This document shows positions 48,206 through 58,406 of a stretch of DNA of 64,000 nt, piece after piece. A program made the position numbers and the translations under genes. Under the pieces are notes generated by a model. That model had not been told where the DNA came from. It saw only the letters and a program-made list of their open reading frames with translations, and searched no databases. The stretch lies in assembly GCA_964588355.1 (NCBI GenBank), contig CAZPPB010000002.1, forward strand, positions 16,218 to 80,217, in the 5' to 3' direction. Source of the DNA: an uncultured Spirochaetaceae bacterium. GTDB lineage: Bacteria > Spirochaetota > Spirochaetia > SZUA-6 > DRHE01. How positions within the stretch are numbered: position 1 is the stretch's first letter; each line of letters begins with the position of its first letter.

Positions 48206-48517
48206 TTGATAAAAATCATGATCCTTTTGAAGAGGCAGGAACACCTCAGCTTCGAGGAATTCAAAAAATGGTGGCTTGGGCAGCATCAGGAAATGGCTGC
48301 TCAGATGCCGAAGCTCAGACGGGCATGCTTCAACCTGGTTCAGGGAGAAAAGGATGGTCTGTACGACGGTGTGTCCGAGCTCTGGTTTGACACCCTCGCT
48401 GATTTCGAATCGGCCTACCAATCGGAGATCGGCAAGAAGGTAGCCGCCGATTCACTGGCCCACGTGAGCAGGCGTGATCGGCTGATCGTCGAGGAGCATA
48501 CGATAGTCGGCGATTAG
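48206..48517 (+). CDS. EthD-domain protein (dimeric alpha+beta barrel)
   Basis: MIKIMILLKRQEHLSFEEFKKWWLGQH.. typical EthD N-terminus; TTG start with GGGAGGAG RBS 7 nt upstream. Confidence 0.55.
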   Translation: MIKIMILLKRQEHLSFEEFKKWWLGQHQEMAAQMPKLRRACFNLVQGEKDGLYDGVSELWFDTLADFESAYQSEIGKKVAADSLAHVSRRDRLIVEEHTIVGD

Positions 48518-48611
48518 GCGCCGCGGTGCTGGGATGGGCGCTTGTAGCCCCGGTGGTCGAACTCTGGAAGACGCTTCCGACAGTTGTCCCTGCTTGCGGC
48601 AGCACTACATC

Positions 48612-51185
48612 TCATTGCTCTGCCGGCAGTACACCACCTGCACTAGCCCAGTCCGGCGGAAGTGTACCTATACGAGAAATACGGTTAAAAATTTCCTCTG
48701 CTTCTTTCTTTTTACCGGCACGCGTGAGAAGTGTCGACAGGTCGGTAAGGTAGCCGACGGTATTTTCATGATCCGGACCGTCTGTACGTTCCTGGAACGC
48801 CAGGGCGTTGCGAAGAAGGCCTTCCGCTTCATCGTATTGTTCGAGTCCCACCAGCAACATGGCCAGGGTGTGAGTTGCCGCCACGGTTGAGGAGTTGTCC
48901 GATTCAAAAGCTTTTGAGTAGATCGATACCGAGCGGCGGGCGAGCGGCTCTCCTTCACGATAACGGCCGGACAAATATAGATCCCAGGCCACATTGTTTA
49001 GAAATTGGCCCATTTCGGCAAGGTTGTCGTCGGCGGTGAAAGCCAATTCCGCCCGGTCCAGATAATTGGCAGCCAGATTTTGATGCCCGAAAATGATGTA
49101 AAGTGCTCCGATGGATGCTATGGTCTCGGTATATTCGGGATCCTCGGGATCGAGGGACTCGGCGAAGCGGGTAAACAAATTGAGTTCATCCTCAGCTCTT
49201 TTCATGTCTCCGGAGCCGTAGAAACCGGTGATGCGATCGAAGAACCCGCTCGCTATCTGTGCCGTGTCGAATGACCTGATATCTCGCTGGAGGTCCTCAG
49301 GGAAATGGAAAGAGCGGAGGAGATCGAAGCAAAGTTCAGATTCTGAATGATTCTTTATAGAGGCACATTGGAGCAACCATAACTGATTGTCCCGAAACAG
49401 ATATACTTGAGTAAGCCGCATAGTCATCTGTTGGTTATCGACGTTAAACTTGATCCATTCGCCGGGAACTGAATCAATAGTTACGTCTTCCCGGGACACA
49501 ACCTCGGTTCCGGACATTGCACTTTTCATCGCTTCGACTAACATGGTTACAAACCATGTGGACACAGCGTTACTCGGAACGGGGATCAACACGACAGTGA
49601 TATTCGGATCGTAGCCAAAGCCCGTCCACAGCCCGCCTCCGAATTGTACGGTTACCTCAGGACCCATGGTCTGTTGAAAGAGCTCCGTGTCCACCGTCCA
49701 CCCCTCAGGGGCGAAACCGAAGTATTTTCTCCATTGTCGTACGGTTTCCGGATCATCGACTTTTTTCCCCTGCTGCTCGAGTGTTTCAGTTTCCGCATCC
49801 GGGCTTTGATCCTTCATTATGAAGGTCTGCGCGACCAGTTCAGGGGATGCTTCATCGATCTCGATTATATATCCCCCTGTCCAGTATCCTTCAGCATCCG
49901 ACACGGCAAGCGTGTGCTTTCCGGCCTTTGTCGCCTGGAAGGTAAGCCTGGAATTGAGGCCGAGGACTCCGCCTCCGCTGTCGTCATCCTCCACAGGAGT
50001 CGATACTCCGGCCATATCGATGCAGACATAAGGATCGATCATCACTGATTCAACCTCTACGGTCACCTTTTGGCCTTGCTGCAGGTCGATCACGAACCAA
50101 TCGTAGTCAAACGGAAAGTCCAGGTTGGCCGTGTAAGAATGTCCGACTTCCAGCTCCCGTGCATCGTCGGGATCTGATATCCGGGCCAGCGGTTGGTTGC
50201 TTTCAAGAAGGACTTCGCCCCTGCCCTCAACCATGGGTTCGACCATGACGTAATGAAAATCCTGCTGGGATTCTAAATAAAGGGTTTCGGTCATTCCTCC
50301 TTCAAGGTCGTCAGCTGAACCGAGGGTGTCGCCGTATCGATCGAGAATATACAATGCAATGTCCAGGTCACTTTGTGCCGTAAGGTCAATGGCTGAACCC
50401 GGAGCAGTCACCGCTACGTACACTCCTGTGTCCCAAACATTCTCGAGTGTGAACTCTTGAGTGGTACTCCCCTCCCCATACGAGAGCTCTCTGAGATCTA
50501 ATCCGGTCACATCGACGCCCGAGGTCATCTGCTCCAGCCTTTGCAGGACATCCTCAGCCGACGCTGCAAGTGCGAAGTTGTTCCCGGCCATCGACAGGCT
50601 CGAGATCCCGATGACTTCACCGCGGTCGGTGGCCAGCACGCCACCGCTCTGCCCGCCTGCGATCGCCGCATCCGTTTGGAAAAAGGTTAATTCAATCCTC
50701 GTCCACTCGCGAATACGTGAGAGAATGCCCCGTGTTATGGTGGGCTCAGGGAATGCCTCGGTCTCGACCGGATAGCCGATGAGATATACATCGCTGCCGA
50801 TTTCCACATTTTCCCGAGGCACAAAGGTGATAGCCGCAACATCAATGGCGACTGGACCGAGCAGAGCGAGATCCCCGATCAGATCGATGAAGGCGACGGG
50901 TACCTTCTGAAGTGCCGTGCCCTCGGCAAAGGTCACTCCGACCTCCGAGTATGGCCAAACAACATGGGCGTTGGTCAGAATATAACCATCGTCCATCAAT
51001 GTGCCGCTTCCGGAGCCCAAAGGTGTATACACGAAGGCCAGGGAAGGGCTGATTCGATCGTAAACCTCTTTCGCACTCAACAGCGGCAGAATATCGCTGT
51101 CCGTTCGGCTGAGCGTTGTTGTGCAACCGATGGTCAGGACGAAAAGAGTACAAGCACAAAGGAGTTTAACGATACCTCTATACAT
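48612..51185 (-). CDS. large lipoprotein with trypsin-like (S1) serine protease domain and C-terminal TPR repeats
   Basis: Signal/lipobox LTIGC; ILTNAHVV (His), GGQSGGVL (Ser) in N-terminal ~250 aa; C-terminal ~250 aa with TPR-like helical repeats (YDEAEGLLRNALAF..). Confidence 0.7.
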   Translation of the reverse strand: MYRGIVKLLCACTLFVLTIGCTTTLSRTDSDILPLLSAKEVYDRISPSLAFVYTPLGSGSGTLMDDGYILTNAHVVWPYSEVGVTFAEGTALQKVPVAFIDLIGDLALLGPVAIDVAAITFVPRENVEIGSDVYLIGYPVETEAFPEPTITRGILSRIREWTRIELTFFQTDAAIAGGQSGGVLATDRGEVIGISSLSMAGNNFALAASAEDVLQRLEQMTSGVDVTGLDLRELSYGEGSTTQEFTLENVWDTGVYVAVTAPGSAIDLTAQSDLDIALYILDRYGDTLGSADDLEGGMTETLYLESQQDFHYVMVEPMVEGRGEVLLESNQPLARISDPDDARELEVGHSYTANLDFPFDYDWFVIDLQQGQKVTVEVESVMIDPYVCIDMAGVSTPVEDDDSGGGVLGLNSRLTFQATKAGKHTLAVSDAEGYWTGGYIIEIDEASPELVAQTFIMKDQSPDAETETLEQQGKKVDDPETVRQWRKYFGFAPEGWTVDTELFQQTMGPEVTVQFGGGLWTGFGYDPNITVVLIPVPSNAVSTWFVTMLVEAMKSAMSGTEVVSREDVTIDSVPGEWIKFNVDNQQMTMRLTQVYLFRDNQLWLLQCASIKNHSESELCFDLLRSFHFPEDLQRDIRSFDTAQIASGFFDRITGFYGSGDMKRAEDELNLFTRFAESLDPEDPEYTETIASIGALYIIFGHQNLAANYLDRAELAFTADDNLAEMGQFLNNVAWDLYLSGRYREGEPLARRSVSIYSKAFESDNSSTVAATHTLAMLLVGLEQYDEAEGLLRNALAFQERTDGPDHENTVGYLTDLSTLLTRAGKKKEAEEIFNRISRIGTLPPDWASAGGVLPAEQ

Positions 51186-51561
51186 AACATTTACCTCCTA
51201 TCTCCATACCCGGACAGGCCAGTTTGAGAGACAGCAGACGGCGTCTGAATCAGCATCGAATACCCCAAGAGCAAAGACATGGTAATTCGAACTCCTTATC
51301 TGTTGTTATTGGTATTCCCTATCGGCCGACTCATCCGTAACCGTCCTCAATCTGAAGTAAGCAATTCTTATGCCATTCCTATGATTCAGTATAATTACTT
51401 AGGATGGAGATAATTAACTATTGCGTATACTTATGGGTCCGCAAGCTTCTGCAGTTTTTGTTGCGGATCTTTGGCAATGAAGTTACGCTGTACCACCTGT
51501 GACAAGACACCGGTTCTCTGGGAGGAATCGTGCTGCCCGAGCCGTTGCTCTGGTACTCGCC

Positions 51562-52440
51562 TTAGCTATATTTGCGTCGAATCAACTCTTCGACTTCCTT
51601 GGGAGAAGATCTGAACGGGCCGTTTCCCTCCATCTTGAGACTCGTGACTGCGGCAGCCCAGATCGTGGCCTCTGCAGGATCGCTCGTCAGTCGGCGACAG
51701 GCATAGGCGGCGATACAGGTGTCTCCGCGGCCGCTGCGGCCGATCAGCTCCCTGGGGAAGAATCCCGCTTCGTGAAATTGCCGACCGTCGTAGACCAGAA
51801 CCCCGTCCCTGTGGGTCAGGACGATCTCTCTCGAGCCCATGCCGAAGAGCATCCGCGCCGCCTCTCGCAGATCCCGGCTCCCGGTCAGGATCTCCGCCTC
51901 GGCTATATCCGCTTTCAAGAATTGGACCAGAGGGAGCACTTCTTCCCTCTCCGGCCAGGGTTCGGCAACCAGCAGGCCGTCCATAACCGACCGTACGTAT
52001 CCCTGTACGTCCAAGGCAATCATCGCCTTCCTCTGCTCAAGAGCCTGCAAGACATCCAGTCCCACCTCTCCTCGGAACGAGGCGCCCACCACTGCCGTCT
52101 TTGTACGAAGATCCGCCACCTGTTCCGGGTGGAAGGAGCCTGCAGATGCATCCACGAAGATCCGGCGTTCATCCGGATTGTTGCTGGGATAGACCAAACG
52201 GAGTCTGGTCGACTCGCGGGTATACTCGGGAAACACATCGATGCCCAGCGCTTCCAGCGATTTGACCACGTGAATGTCTTCAGCCGCCAGGCGTGTAACT
52301 GCGCAGGTTCTCAGGTCGAACCGGGCGGCGACATTGGCGCCGTAGTTGAAGGCCCCCCCATCCACCACGCGTTCTCCGCTTTGGTCGATAATTGTATCCT
52401 TGGTGTAGTTGCCGATGAAGGTCACATCGTAGCTCTTCAT
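51562..52440 (-). CDS. PfkB-family carbohydrate kinase
   Basis: GRSGRGDTCIAAY motif; start MKSYDVTFIGN with GGAGA RBS. Confidence 0.8.
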   Translation of the reverse strand: MKSYDVTFIGNYTKDTIIDQSGERVVDGGAFNYGANVAARFDLRTCAVTRLAAEDIHVVKSLEALGIDVFPEYTRESTRLRLVYPSNNPDERRIFVDASAGSFHPEQVADLRTKTAVVGASFRGEVGLDVLQALEQRKAMIALDVQGYVRSVMDGLLVAEPWPEREEVLPLVQFLKADIAEAEILTGSRDLREAARMLFGMGSREIVLTHRDGVLVYDGRQFHEAGFFPRELIGRSGRGDTCIAAYACRRLTSDPAEATIWAAAVTSLKMEGNGPFRSSPKEVEELIRRKYS

Positions 52441-52457
52441 TGCCGGGGTCTCCAATT

Positions 52458-53252
52458 TCAGGGAAAGGTCTCGCTCCAAAAGGCCCGGATTCGCTGCAAC
52501 GATTCCGTCGAGTCGCCTTCTGGACTGTACTCGAATCCGACGAAGCCGTTGTACCCGAAAGCGGCCAGGCGGGACAGGACGGATTTCCAGTCGATATTGC
52601 CCGTTCCCGGCTCGTGCCTGCCCGGAACATCGGCGACATGGATGTATCCGATATGTCTAACGTACTCCTTCAAGACGGCGGAAAGGTCGACCCCCATCAC
52701 GCCCAGGTGATACAGGTCACACAGCACCTTCAACCTGCTGTCACCGATTTCCTCTATCAGTTGCGCAGCCGTCTGTATATCGGACAGCCAATAACCGGGG
52801 TGGTCGATTCGGGTGTTCAGCGGCTCAAGAACCAGTTGGAGACCGGGGGGCAACAGCTCGAGAGCTTTCCCGAGGCCCAGTCGCGCATTTTTGTACTTTT
52901 GTTCGCCAGGAATTTCGGGGTAGGAATTTACAACCGCGCCGGTTTCGGTGAGCTCGTTACTGAGCAGCATCAGGGTCCCGCATTCCATAGACTCGGCGGT
53001 TTCAATACCAGCCTGCAGATCTTGAAGAAAAAGATCGTGGGTTTGCTCTGCTACCAGGCTGCCACGGCGGTGACCACTGAAGTTGACCACCCGCACCCCT
53101 TCTTGGCTGCAGGTGGCGGTGAGTGCCGGAATGTTTTTATCTCTCCAGCCCCAAAATTCGACGTATTCGAACCCCTGGCCGGCGATTCTGCGGATCTTTT
53201 CCAGCAGATGCAGTTCGGGGAAGAGCATCTCAAAGCAGATGACCGGCTTCAA
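52458..53252 (-). CDS. sugar phosphate isomerase/epimerase (xylose-isomerase-like TIM barrel; hydroxypyruvate-isomerase-like)
   Basis: 264 aa; FEYVEFW, LEPLN, HVADVPGRHEPGTG, GFEYSP features of the AP-endonuclease-2/Hyi-like family. Confidence 0.7.
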   Translation of the reverse strand: MKPVICFEMLFPELHLLEKIRRIAGQGFEYVEFWGWRDKNIPALTATCSQEGVRVVNFSGHRRGSLVAEQTHDLFLQDLQAGIETAESMECGTLMLLSNELTETGAVVNSYPEIPGEQKYKNARLGLGKALELLPPGLQLVLEPLNTRIDHPGYWLSDIQTAAQLIEEIGDSRLKVLCDLYHLGVMGVDLSAVLKEYVRHIGYIHVADVPGRHEPGTGNIDWKSVLSRLAAFGYNGFVGFEYSPEGDSTESLQRIRAFWSETFP

Positions 53253-53257
53253 CGAGT

Positions 53258-54346
53258 CTAGTCCTCCGCCGGCAGAATGTGAAGGCTCTTCTCCTTGAGA
53301 AGGATCGTCACCTCCTGATCGGTTGTGAAGAGGGTGTGCTCGCGGGGGTTGGGGACCTTAACGGTGATGAGCCTGTCTTCCAGTTCGACTTCATATACGA
53401 TCTCCGAGCCCAGGTATACCGATTCCTTGATCACTCCGGTGAGCCCCTTCCGCCTCTTCGATTCCAGTGCTACGGATTCGGGGCGGACCACGACGACCAC
53501 TTTCATACCCTCCACAAGGCTCTCCGTTACTGCGGACACCTTCAGCTTCGTTCCGTGCATATCCACTGTGGCGCTTGCCGGTGAGTCGATGGATGTGATC
53601 GTGGCCTCGAGGAAATTGGCTTTGCCTATAAAGTCTGCAACGAAGCGATTGGCCGGGTGGGCGTAGATTTCCGACGGGGTGCCGATCTGCTGAATTCGAC
53701 CTTCGTGCATGATCACGACCCTGTCGGACAGGGTCATGGCCTCCTCTTGGTCGTGAGTCACATAAACCGATGTGATGCCGACCCTGCGCTGGAGCTTGCG
53801 GATCTCGATGCGGGTGGATTCCCGCAGCTTGGCGTCGAGATTGGAAAGTGGCTCGTCCAGGAGAAGGACCTTGGGTTCCATGATCAACGAACGAGCCAGA
53901 CTGACCCGCTGCTGCTGGCCCCCGGACAGCTGTGCCGGGGAGCGGTTGCCCATCCCTTTCAGCCCCACCAGGCGCATCACTTCTTCGACTCGTTCTTTGA
54001 TTTGTTTACCGCTCACCCGATGGATCTTCAATCCGTATTGGATATTCTGAGCGACCGTCATGTGCGGGAACAGGGCGTAATTCTGAAACACCATGGTGGT
54101 GGGACGGCGGTTGGGCGGGACGTCGTTCAACCGTTCCCCATCCAGGTAGATGTCTCCGGAAGTCGGAAATTCGAAGCCCGCTATCATCCTCAGCGTGGTG
54201 GTCTTACCGCAGCCCGAAGGACCCAGCAGCGTGACCAATTCGCCTTCCTGCACCTGCAGGCTGACCTGATCCACCGCCACCACGGATTCCTTCGCGCCGC
54301 CGAATACCTTCACCAGATGGTTCAGTACCAGATAGTCATCCCTCAT
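53258..54346 (-). CDS. ABC transporter ATP-binding protein (FbpC/AfuC/PotA type)
   Basis: LLGPSGCGKTT, LSGGQQQRVSLARSL, LLLDEPLSNLD. Confidence 0.9.
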   Translation of the reverse strand: MRDDYLVLNHLVKVFGGAKESVVAVDQVSLQVQEGELVTLLGPSGCGKTTTLRMIAGFEFPTSGDIYLDGERLNDVPPNRRPTTMVFQNYALFPHMTVAQNIQYGLKIHRVSGKQIKERVEEVMRLVGLKGMGNRSPAQLSGGQQQRVSLARSLIMEPKVLLLDEPLSNLDAKLRESTRIEIRKLQRRVGITSVYVTHDQEEAMTLSDRVVIMHEGRIQQIGTPSEIYAHPANRFVADFIGKANFLEATITSIDSPASATVDMHGTKLKVSAVTESLVEGMKVVVVVRPESVALESKRRKGLTGVIKESVYLGSEIVYEVELEDRLITVKVPNPREHTLFTTDQEVTILLKEKSLHILPAED

Positions 54347-54356
54347 ACGCCACTCC

Positions 54357-56069
54357 TTAGCTGATTATAGTGGTGGTACGCACGCCCCGCCCGATCCGGT
54401 TGACCACCAGCTGGATGATGCCCAGGGAGATCATGACGATGACGATCAATAAAAGGCTCATGGCCGCCGCGGGTGCGTATTGGCTGTTGTCCACAAAACC
54501 GAGTATGGCCACCGTAATCAGGTTCCACTTTCCCGAGACCACGAAGATAACGGCGCTGATGGCGGTCATGGCCTTCACGAAACCGAAGGCCAGGCCGGAG
54601 AAGAAGGCCGGTGCGATCATAGGCAGGGTGATCTTGCGAAAGGTCGTGCTGCTGTCCGCTCCCAGGTCTGTAGAGGCTTCCTCGATCGCAGGGTCGATCT
54701 GCTGCAAGGCTGCTATTCCCGAGCGGATACCCACCGGCATGTTCCTGAAAAGGAGCAGCAGCACGATGATCCAGGCGGTGCCCGTCAGGATGAATGGAAA
54801 CAGGGCGGAGCGCTGGTTGAAGGCAAGGATGTAACCGATGCCCACCACGGTCCCGGGCACGGCGAAGGTCAGCATGGAGATGAACTCCATGACACCCCGG
54901 CCGATGAACCGCTTACGGATAACCAGAAAAGCGATGAACATACCCAGTAAACCGGTCAGCGGCGTGGCCAGTGTGGAAAGACTCAAAGAGTCGATGATGT
55001 AGCCCTTCCCGACGCGGAACATCTGGATGTAGTTGTTCAGCGTCAGTGTGCGATCCACCCCCCACAGTTTTTGAAAGGAACCATAGATGATCGTGCCGTA
55101 GAGCAGAAACACCATAGCCGTGAAGGCGATGCAGAGGGTGTACACCGGCACCTTGATATACCACTCCAGGCGCTTGATCGTCGCTGCAGTAGGTTTGCCC
55201 GTCACCGTAACGTAGCTTTTTCGGGAGACCCAGTACTTCTGAAGAAAGAAGGCCACAGTGGTGGGGATGAACAGCAGCACCGCCAGGGTGGCGCCCCGGG
55301 ACAGGTCGTACATGCCCGTGATCTGGAGAAAAGCCTGCACCGAGAGCACCCTGAAGTCCCCGGAAATGATCATCGGATTGCCGAAATCCGCCATGCTCTG
55401 AATGAACACCAGCAGCCAGGCGCTGGCGATCCCTGGGATCGACAAGGGAAGAGTTACGGTGGTAAATACTCTTGCCCGGGAGGCTCCCAGATCCATGGAA
55501 GCCTCCTCCAAGGCCGGATCGATGGCCTGGAGCACGCCGTAGAGAACGAGGAAGGCTGTAGGACCGTAGGCGATCGTTTCGACAAAAACCAGCCCTCCCA
55601 GCCCGTAGATCGAGTACTCACCAAGGATCCGCTTCAGGATGGGTGATAGGCTACCCGCGCGGCCGAACAGAAGGATCGTGGACAGGGCCACTACGAACGG
55701 TGGAGAAATGATGGGGAAGGTTATGGTCTGGCGGAAGAAGCCCTTCAACGGCAGGGGAGTGCGGGTCAGAGCGTAGGCGAATCCGAAGCCCATGATCGAA
55801 CCCGTGGTAGCGGTGATCGCTCCCAGTAGAATCGAGTTAAGGAACGGCTGGTAGTAGTAGCGAGCGGAAAACACGGCCGCATAGTTGGATGGATCGAACT
55901 TCTCGTCGACTACCAGACTGTAGCGGAAGACCTGGAATATGGGAAAGGCTACGAAGAGGATGAGGAAGTAGAAGATCGCCAGGATCGCCACCAGCAGCAA
56001 GGGCTCCTTCCATATGATCCGCATGCTGGCAATGATCTCTTTGGCACGGCGGGAGGTCGCATTCGTCAT
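54357..56069 (-). CDS. ABC transporter permease, fused two-domain FbpB/AfuB type
   Basis: 570 aa, two permease repeats (EEASMDLGASRARVF.. and EEASTDLGADSSTTFRKITLP). Confidence 0.85.
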   Translation of the reverse strand: MTNATSRRAKEIIASMRIIWKEPLLLVAILAIFYFLILFVAFPIFQVFRYSLVVDEKFDPSNYAAVFSARYYYQPFLNSILLGAITATTGSIMGFGFAYALTRTPLPLKGFFRQTITFPIISPPFVVALSTILLFGRAGSLSPILKRILGEYSIYGLGGLVFVETIAYGPTAFLVLYGVLQAIDPALEEASMDLGASRARVFTTVTLPLSIPGIASAWLLVFIQSMADFGNPMIISGDFRVLSVQAFLQITGMYDLSRGATLAVLLFIPTTVAFFLQKYWVSRKSYVTVTGKPTAATIKRLEWYIKVPVYTLCIAFTAMVFLLYGTIIYGSFQKLWGVDRTLTLNNYIQMFRVGKGYIIDSLSLSTLATPLTGLLGMFIAFLVIRKRFIGRGVMEFISMLTFAVPGTVVGIGYILAFNQRSALFPFILTGTAWIIVLLLLFRNMPVGIRSGIAALQQIDPAIEEASTDLGADSSTTFRKITLPMIAPAFFSGLAFGFVKAMTAISAVIFVVSGKWNLITVAILGFVDNSQYAPAAAMSLLLIVIVMISLGIIQLVVNRIGRGVRTTTIIS

Positions 56070-56163
56070 CTCTTTCTGGATGCCTCCTCGGATTATAGAG
56101 AAAAATCCCCACCCCTCAAAGGGTGAGGGGCGGGGAGATCTGTCTAAGTGGTATGGTCGCCGA

Positions 56164-57165
56164 TTACTTGCCGATCCGGTCCCGCCAGGCCTCGATCAGA
56201 CGATCCTTGTTTTCTCCGGCCCAGATGGCATCGTAGTCGATCAGCTTGACCTGATCCATGGTCACGGCTCCCGAAGCCACGGTGGCTTTGGGATTGACCG
56301 GCAGCCGGCTGTACTGCTGGAACAGGTCCTGGGCTTTTTTCGTGAAGCACCAGTCGATGAACTGTTTGCCCAGCTCCGGTTCGGGGCCGCCTTTGATCAG
56401 GGAAAGACCACCAACCTCGTATCCGGTTCCTTCTTCCGGGAAGGTCATGACCACCGGATAGCCCTGGTTGATCCCTTTGGCTACGATATCGTGGGAGAAG
56501 GCTATCCCCACGCCGACCTCTCCGAGACCCACCATGGGGATGCAGCCGGTGCCGGATTTCGTGTATTGGAATATGCTCTGTCTGTCGAACCGCTCCCACC
56601 AGTCGAGGGTTTCATCCTCACCGAGCATCTGCACCAGGGTGGCGTAGGTCGTATAGGCCGTGCCGGATGTGTAGGGATAGGCCATAGCCACGTTCTTGGC
56701 AAAGGCGGGATTCAGCAGGTCTCTCCAGGAAGTCGGAGCCTTTGCGCCCGTCTTGCTGAGGAAATCCTTGTTGCTGATGAAGCCGATCGCTCCTGTGTAG
56801 AAACCGGTCCACGCCCAGTCGTCTGCGTGGAGCTGTGGCTGGAGTTGAAAATCGGTGTTCGGGCGGTACGGAGCCAGCAGACCCTTGCTGGCCGCATTGA
56901 TGTGGGACGTGTTTGAGCCCGCATGCCAGACGCTGGACTGGGGATTGCTGGCCTCCGCCTCTACGCGGGCCAGGACCTCCCCGGAAGACATGCGCACCCA
57001 CTCCACGTCGATGCCGGTCTCCGCTTCGAAAGCCTCGATATAATACTGAGCCTCTTCGGTGTCGAAGGCCGTGTAGATGTGGAGCACTCGCGGCTCCTGC
57101 CCGGGGCTACCGAAGCCTGCCGCGGCAATTGCTGCGAGCAGCAATACCAGAAACAAACGTTTCAT
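56164..57165 (-). CDS. ABC transporter periplasmic substrate-binding protein (FbpA/AfuA family)
   Basis: Signal peptide MKRLFLVLLLAAIAAAGFG; SBP fold. Confidence 0.8.
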   Translation of the reverse strand: MKRLFLVLLLAAIAAAGFGSPGQEPRVLHIYTAFDTEEAQYYIEAFEAETGIDVEWVRMSSGEVLARVEAEASNPQSSVWHAGSNTSHINAASKGLLAPYRPNTDFQLQPQLHADDWAWTGFYTGAIGFISNKDFLSKTGAKAPTSWRDLLNPAFAKNVAMAYPYTSGTAYTTYATLVQMLGEDETLDWWERFDRQSIFQYTKSGTGCIPMVGLGEVGVGIAFSHDIVAKGINQGYPVVMTFPEEGTGYEVGGLSLIKGGPEPELGKQFIDWCFTKKAQDLFQQYSRLPVNPKATVASGAVTMDQVKLIDYDAIWAGENKDRLIEAWRDRIGK

Positions 57166-57414
57166 ATAAACCTCCTTGTTGTATTTTTTTGATAGTCGAG
57201 GTAAACGAATACATCAACTACCTGTTTTTTCTATCTCCTTACAATCATAACCTGGCGATATGGGCTGTCAAGGACATTTGCGATGGTATTTCTCGATCCG
57301 GCCGGGAATACCCCGCATCCCGCAGATTTCCTGGACGGATGGCATCCCCATCGTCTTGACTCCAGATCCTGGTAACATTTAGGCTTGAACCCGCCAGGAG
57401 GAAGGGAGCCGTCC

Positions 57415-58257
57415 ATGTTTAGTCGGACTCGTATAGCACTGAATCGCATCATCTATCCGAATCTCGATTTAGAAGGTTTTCTGGAACTGGCATCGGATCT
57501 CGGTCTGTCGATGGTGGAGCTGCGGAACGATCTTCCCGGCGGAAGAATCACCGACGGAATGGAACCACGGCAGGTGTGCGAGTTGGCTGATCATTATGGC
57601 GTTTCGATCGTTTCGATAAACGCTCTCCAGAAATTCAACCTGGCCGGGAATCTTCCGGCCGCCATGGAGGAGCTCAAAGCGCTCCTAGAACTTTCATCGG
57701 CTATTCACTGTCCGGCGGTCGTTCTCTGTCCCCTGAACGATCAGGACGATACAGGAGATCCGCAGCAGTGTTTCGAGCAAACCGTTAGATGCCTACAGGC
57801 CTTCCATCCGATGTTTGTTGATGCCGGCGCGCTCGGATATATCGAACCGCTCGGATTTGCCGAATCCTCTCTTTCTTCCCTGATCACCGCTCAGGCGGCG
57901 ATCAGGGAATCGAAGGCTCCTTGCTTTCGCCTTGTATATGACACGTTCCATCACTTTATTGGTCCAGACAGCCCAGAGAAGCTGAAGACAGAACTCGATG
58001 TGGGGCTGGTCGGGCTGATCCACGCCTCCGGCGTGGAGGAGGACCTCCAGAGGGAGCGATACAGGGATGGGCACCGCAGTTTGATCACGCAGGCCGATCG
58101 TTTTCGAAACGTTGAACAGATCTCTCTGTTGCTGAGCAGAGGCTACACCGGTCCTCTCTCCCTTGAACCGTTCGCATCTGAGATCCAGAATCTGCCGAGA
58201 GCTCAATTTGTCCGAGCCCTGAACCGCAGTCTCGATCTGCTATGCCGGCGGTTGTAG
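57415..58257 (+). CDS. sugar phosphate isomerase/epimerase (xylose-isomerase-like TIM barrel)
   Basis: 281 aa from MFSRTRIALN with GGAAGGGAG RBS; TIM-barrel family features (..YIEPLG.., ..DTFHH..). Confidence 0.65.
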   Translation: MFSRTRIALNRIIYPNLDLEGFLELASDLGLSMVELRNDLPGGRITDGMEPRQVCELADHYGVSIVSINALQKFNLAGNLPAAMEELKALLELSSAIHCPAVVLCPLNDQDDTGDPQQCFEQTVRCLQAFHPMFVDAGALGYIEPLGFAESSLSSLITAQAAIRESKAPCFRLVYDTFHHFIGPDSPEKLKTELDVGLVGLIHASGVEEDLQRERYRDGHRSLITQADRFRNVEQISLLLSRGYTGPLSLEPFASEIQNLPRAQFVRALNRSLDLLCRRL

Positions 58258-58406
58258 CTGGTAAATCTTCACCGGGTATTATCAGATCTGCACGACCTGA
58301 CCGGAATGACTCTTTAGATACATTCATCGTGAAGCTCAGGCCGATCGAATCTGTGTCTTTCGGCGCACTTGATCGTATCGTTACGGGTCTATACCGCTTC
58401 AGAAAA

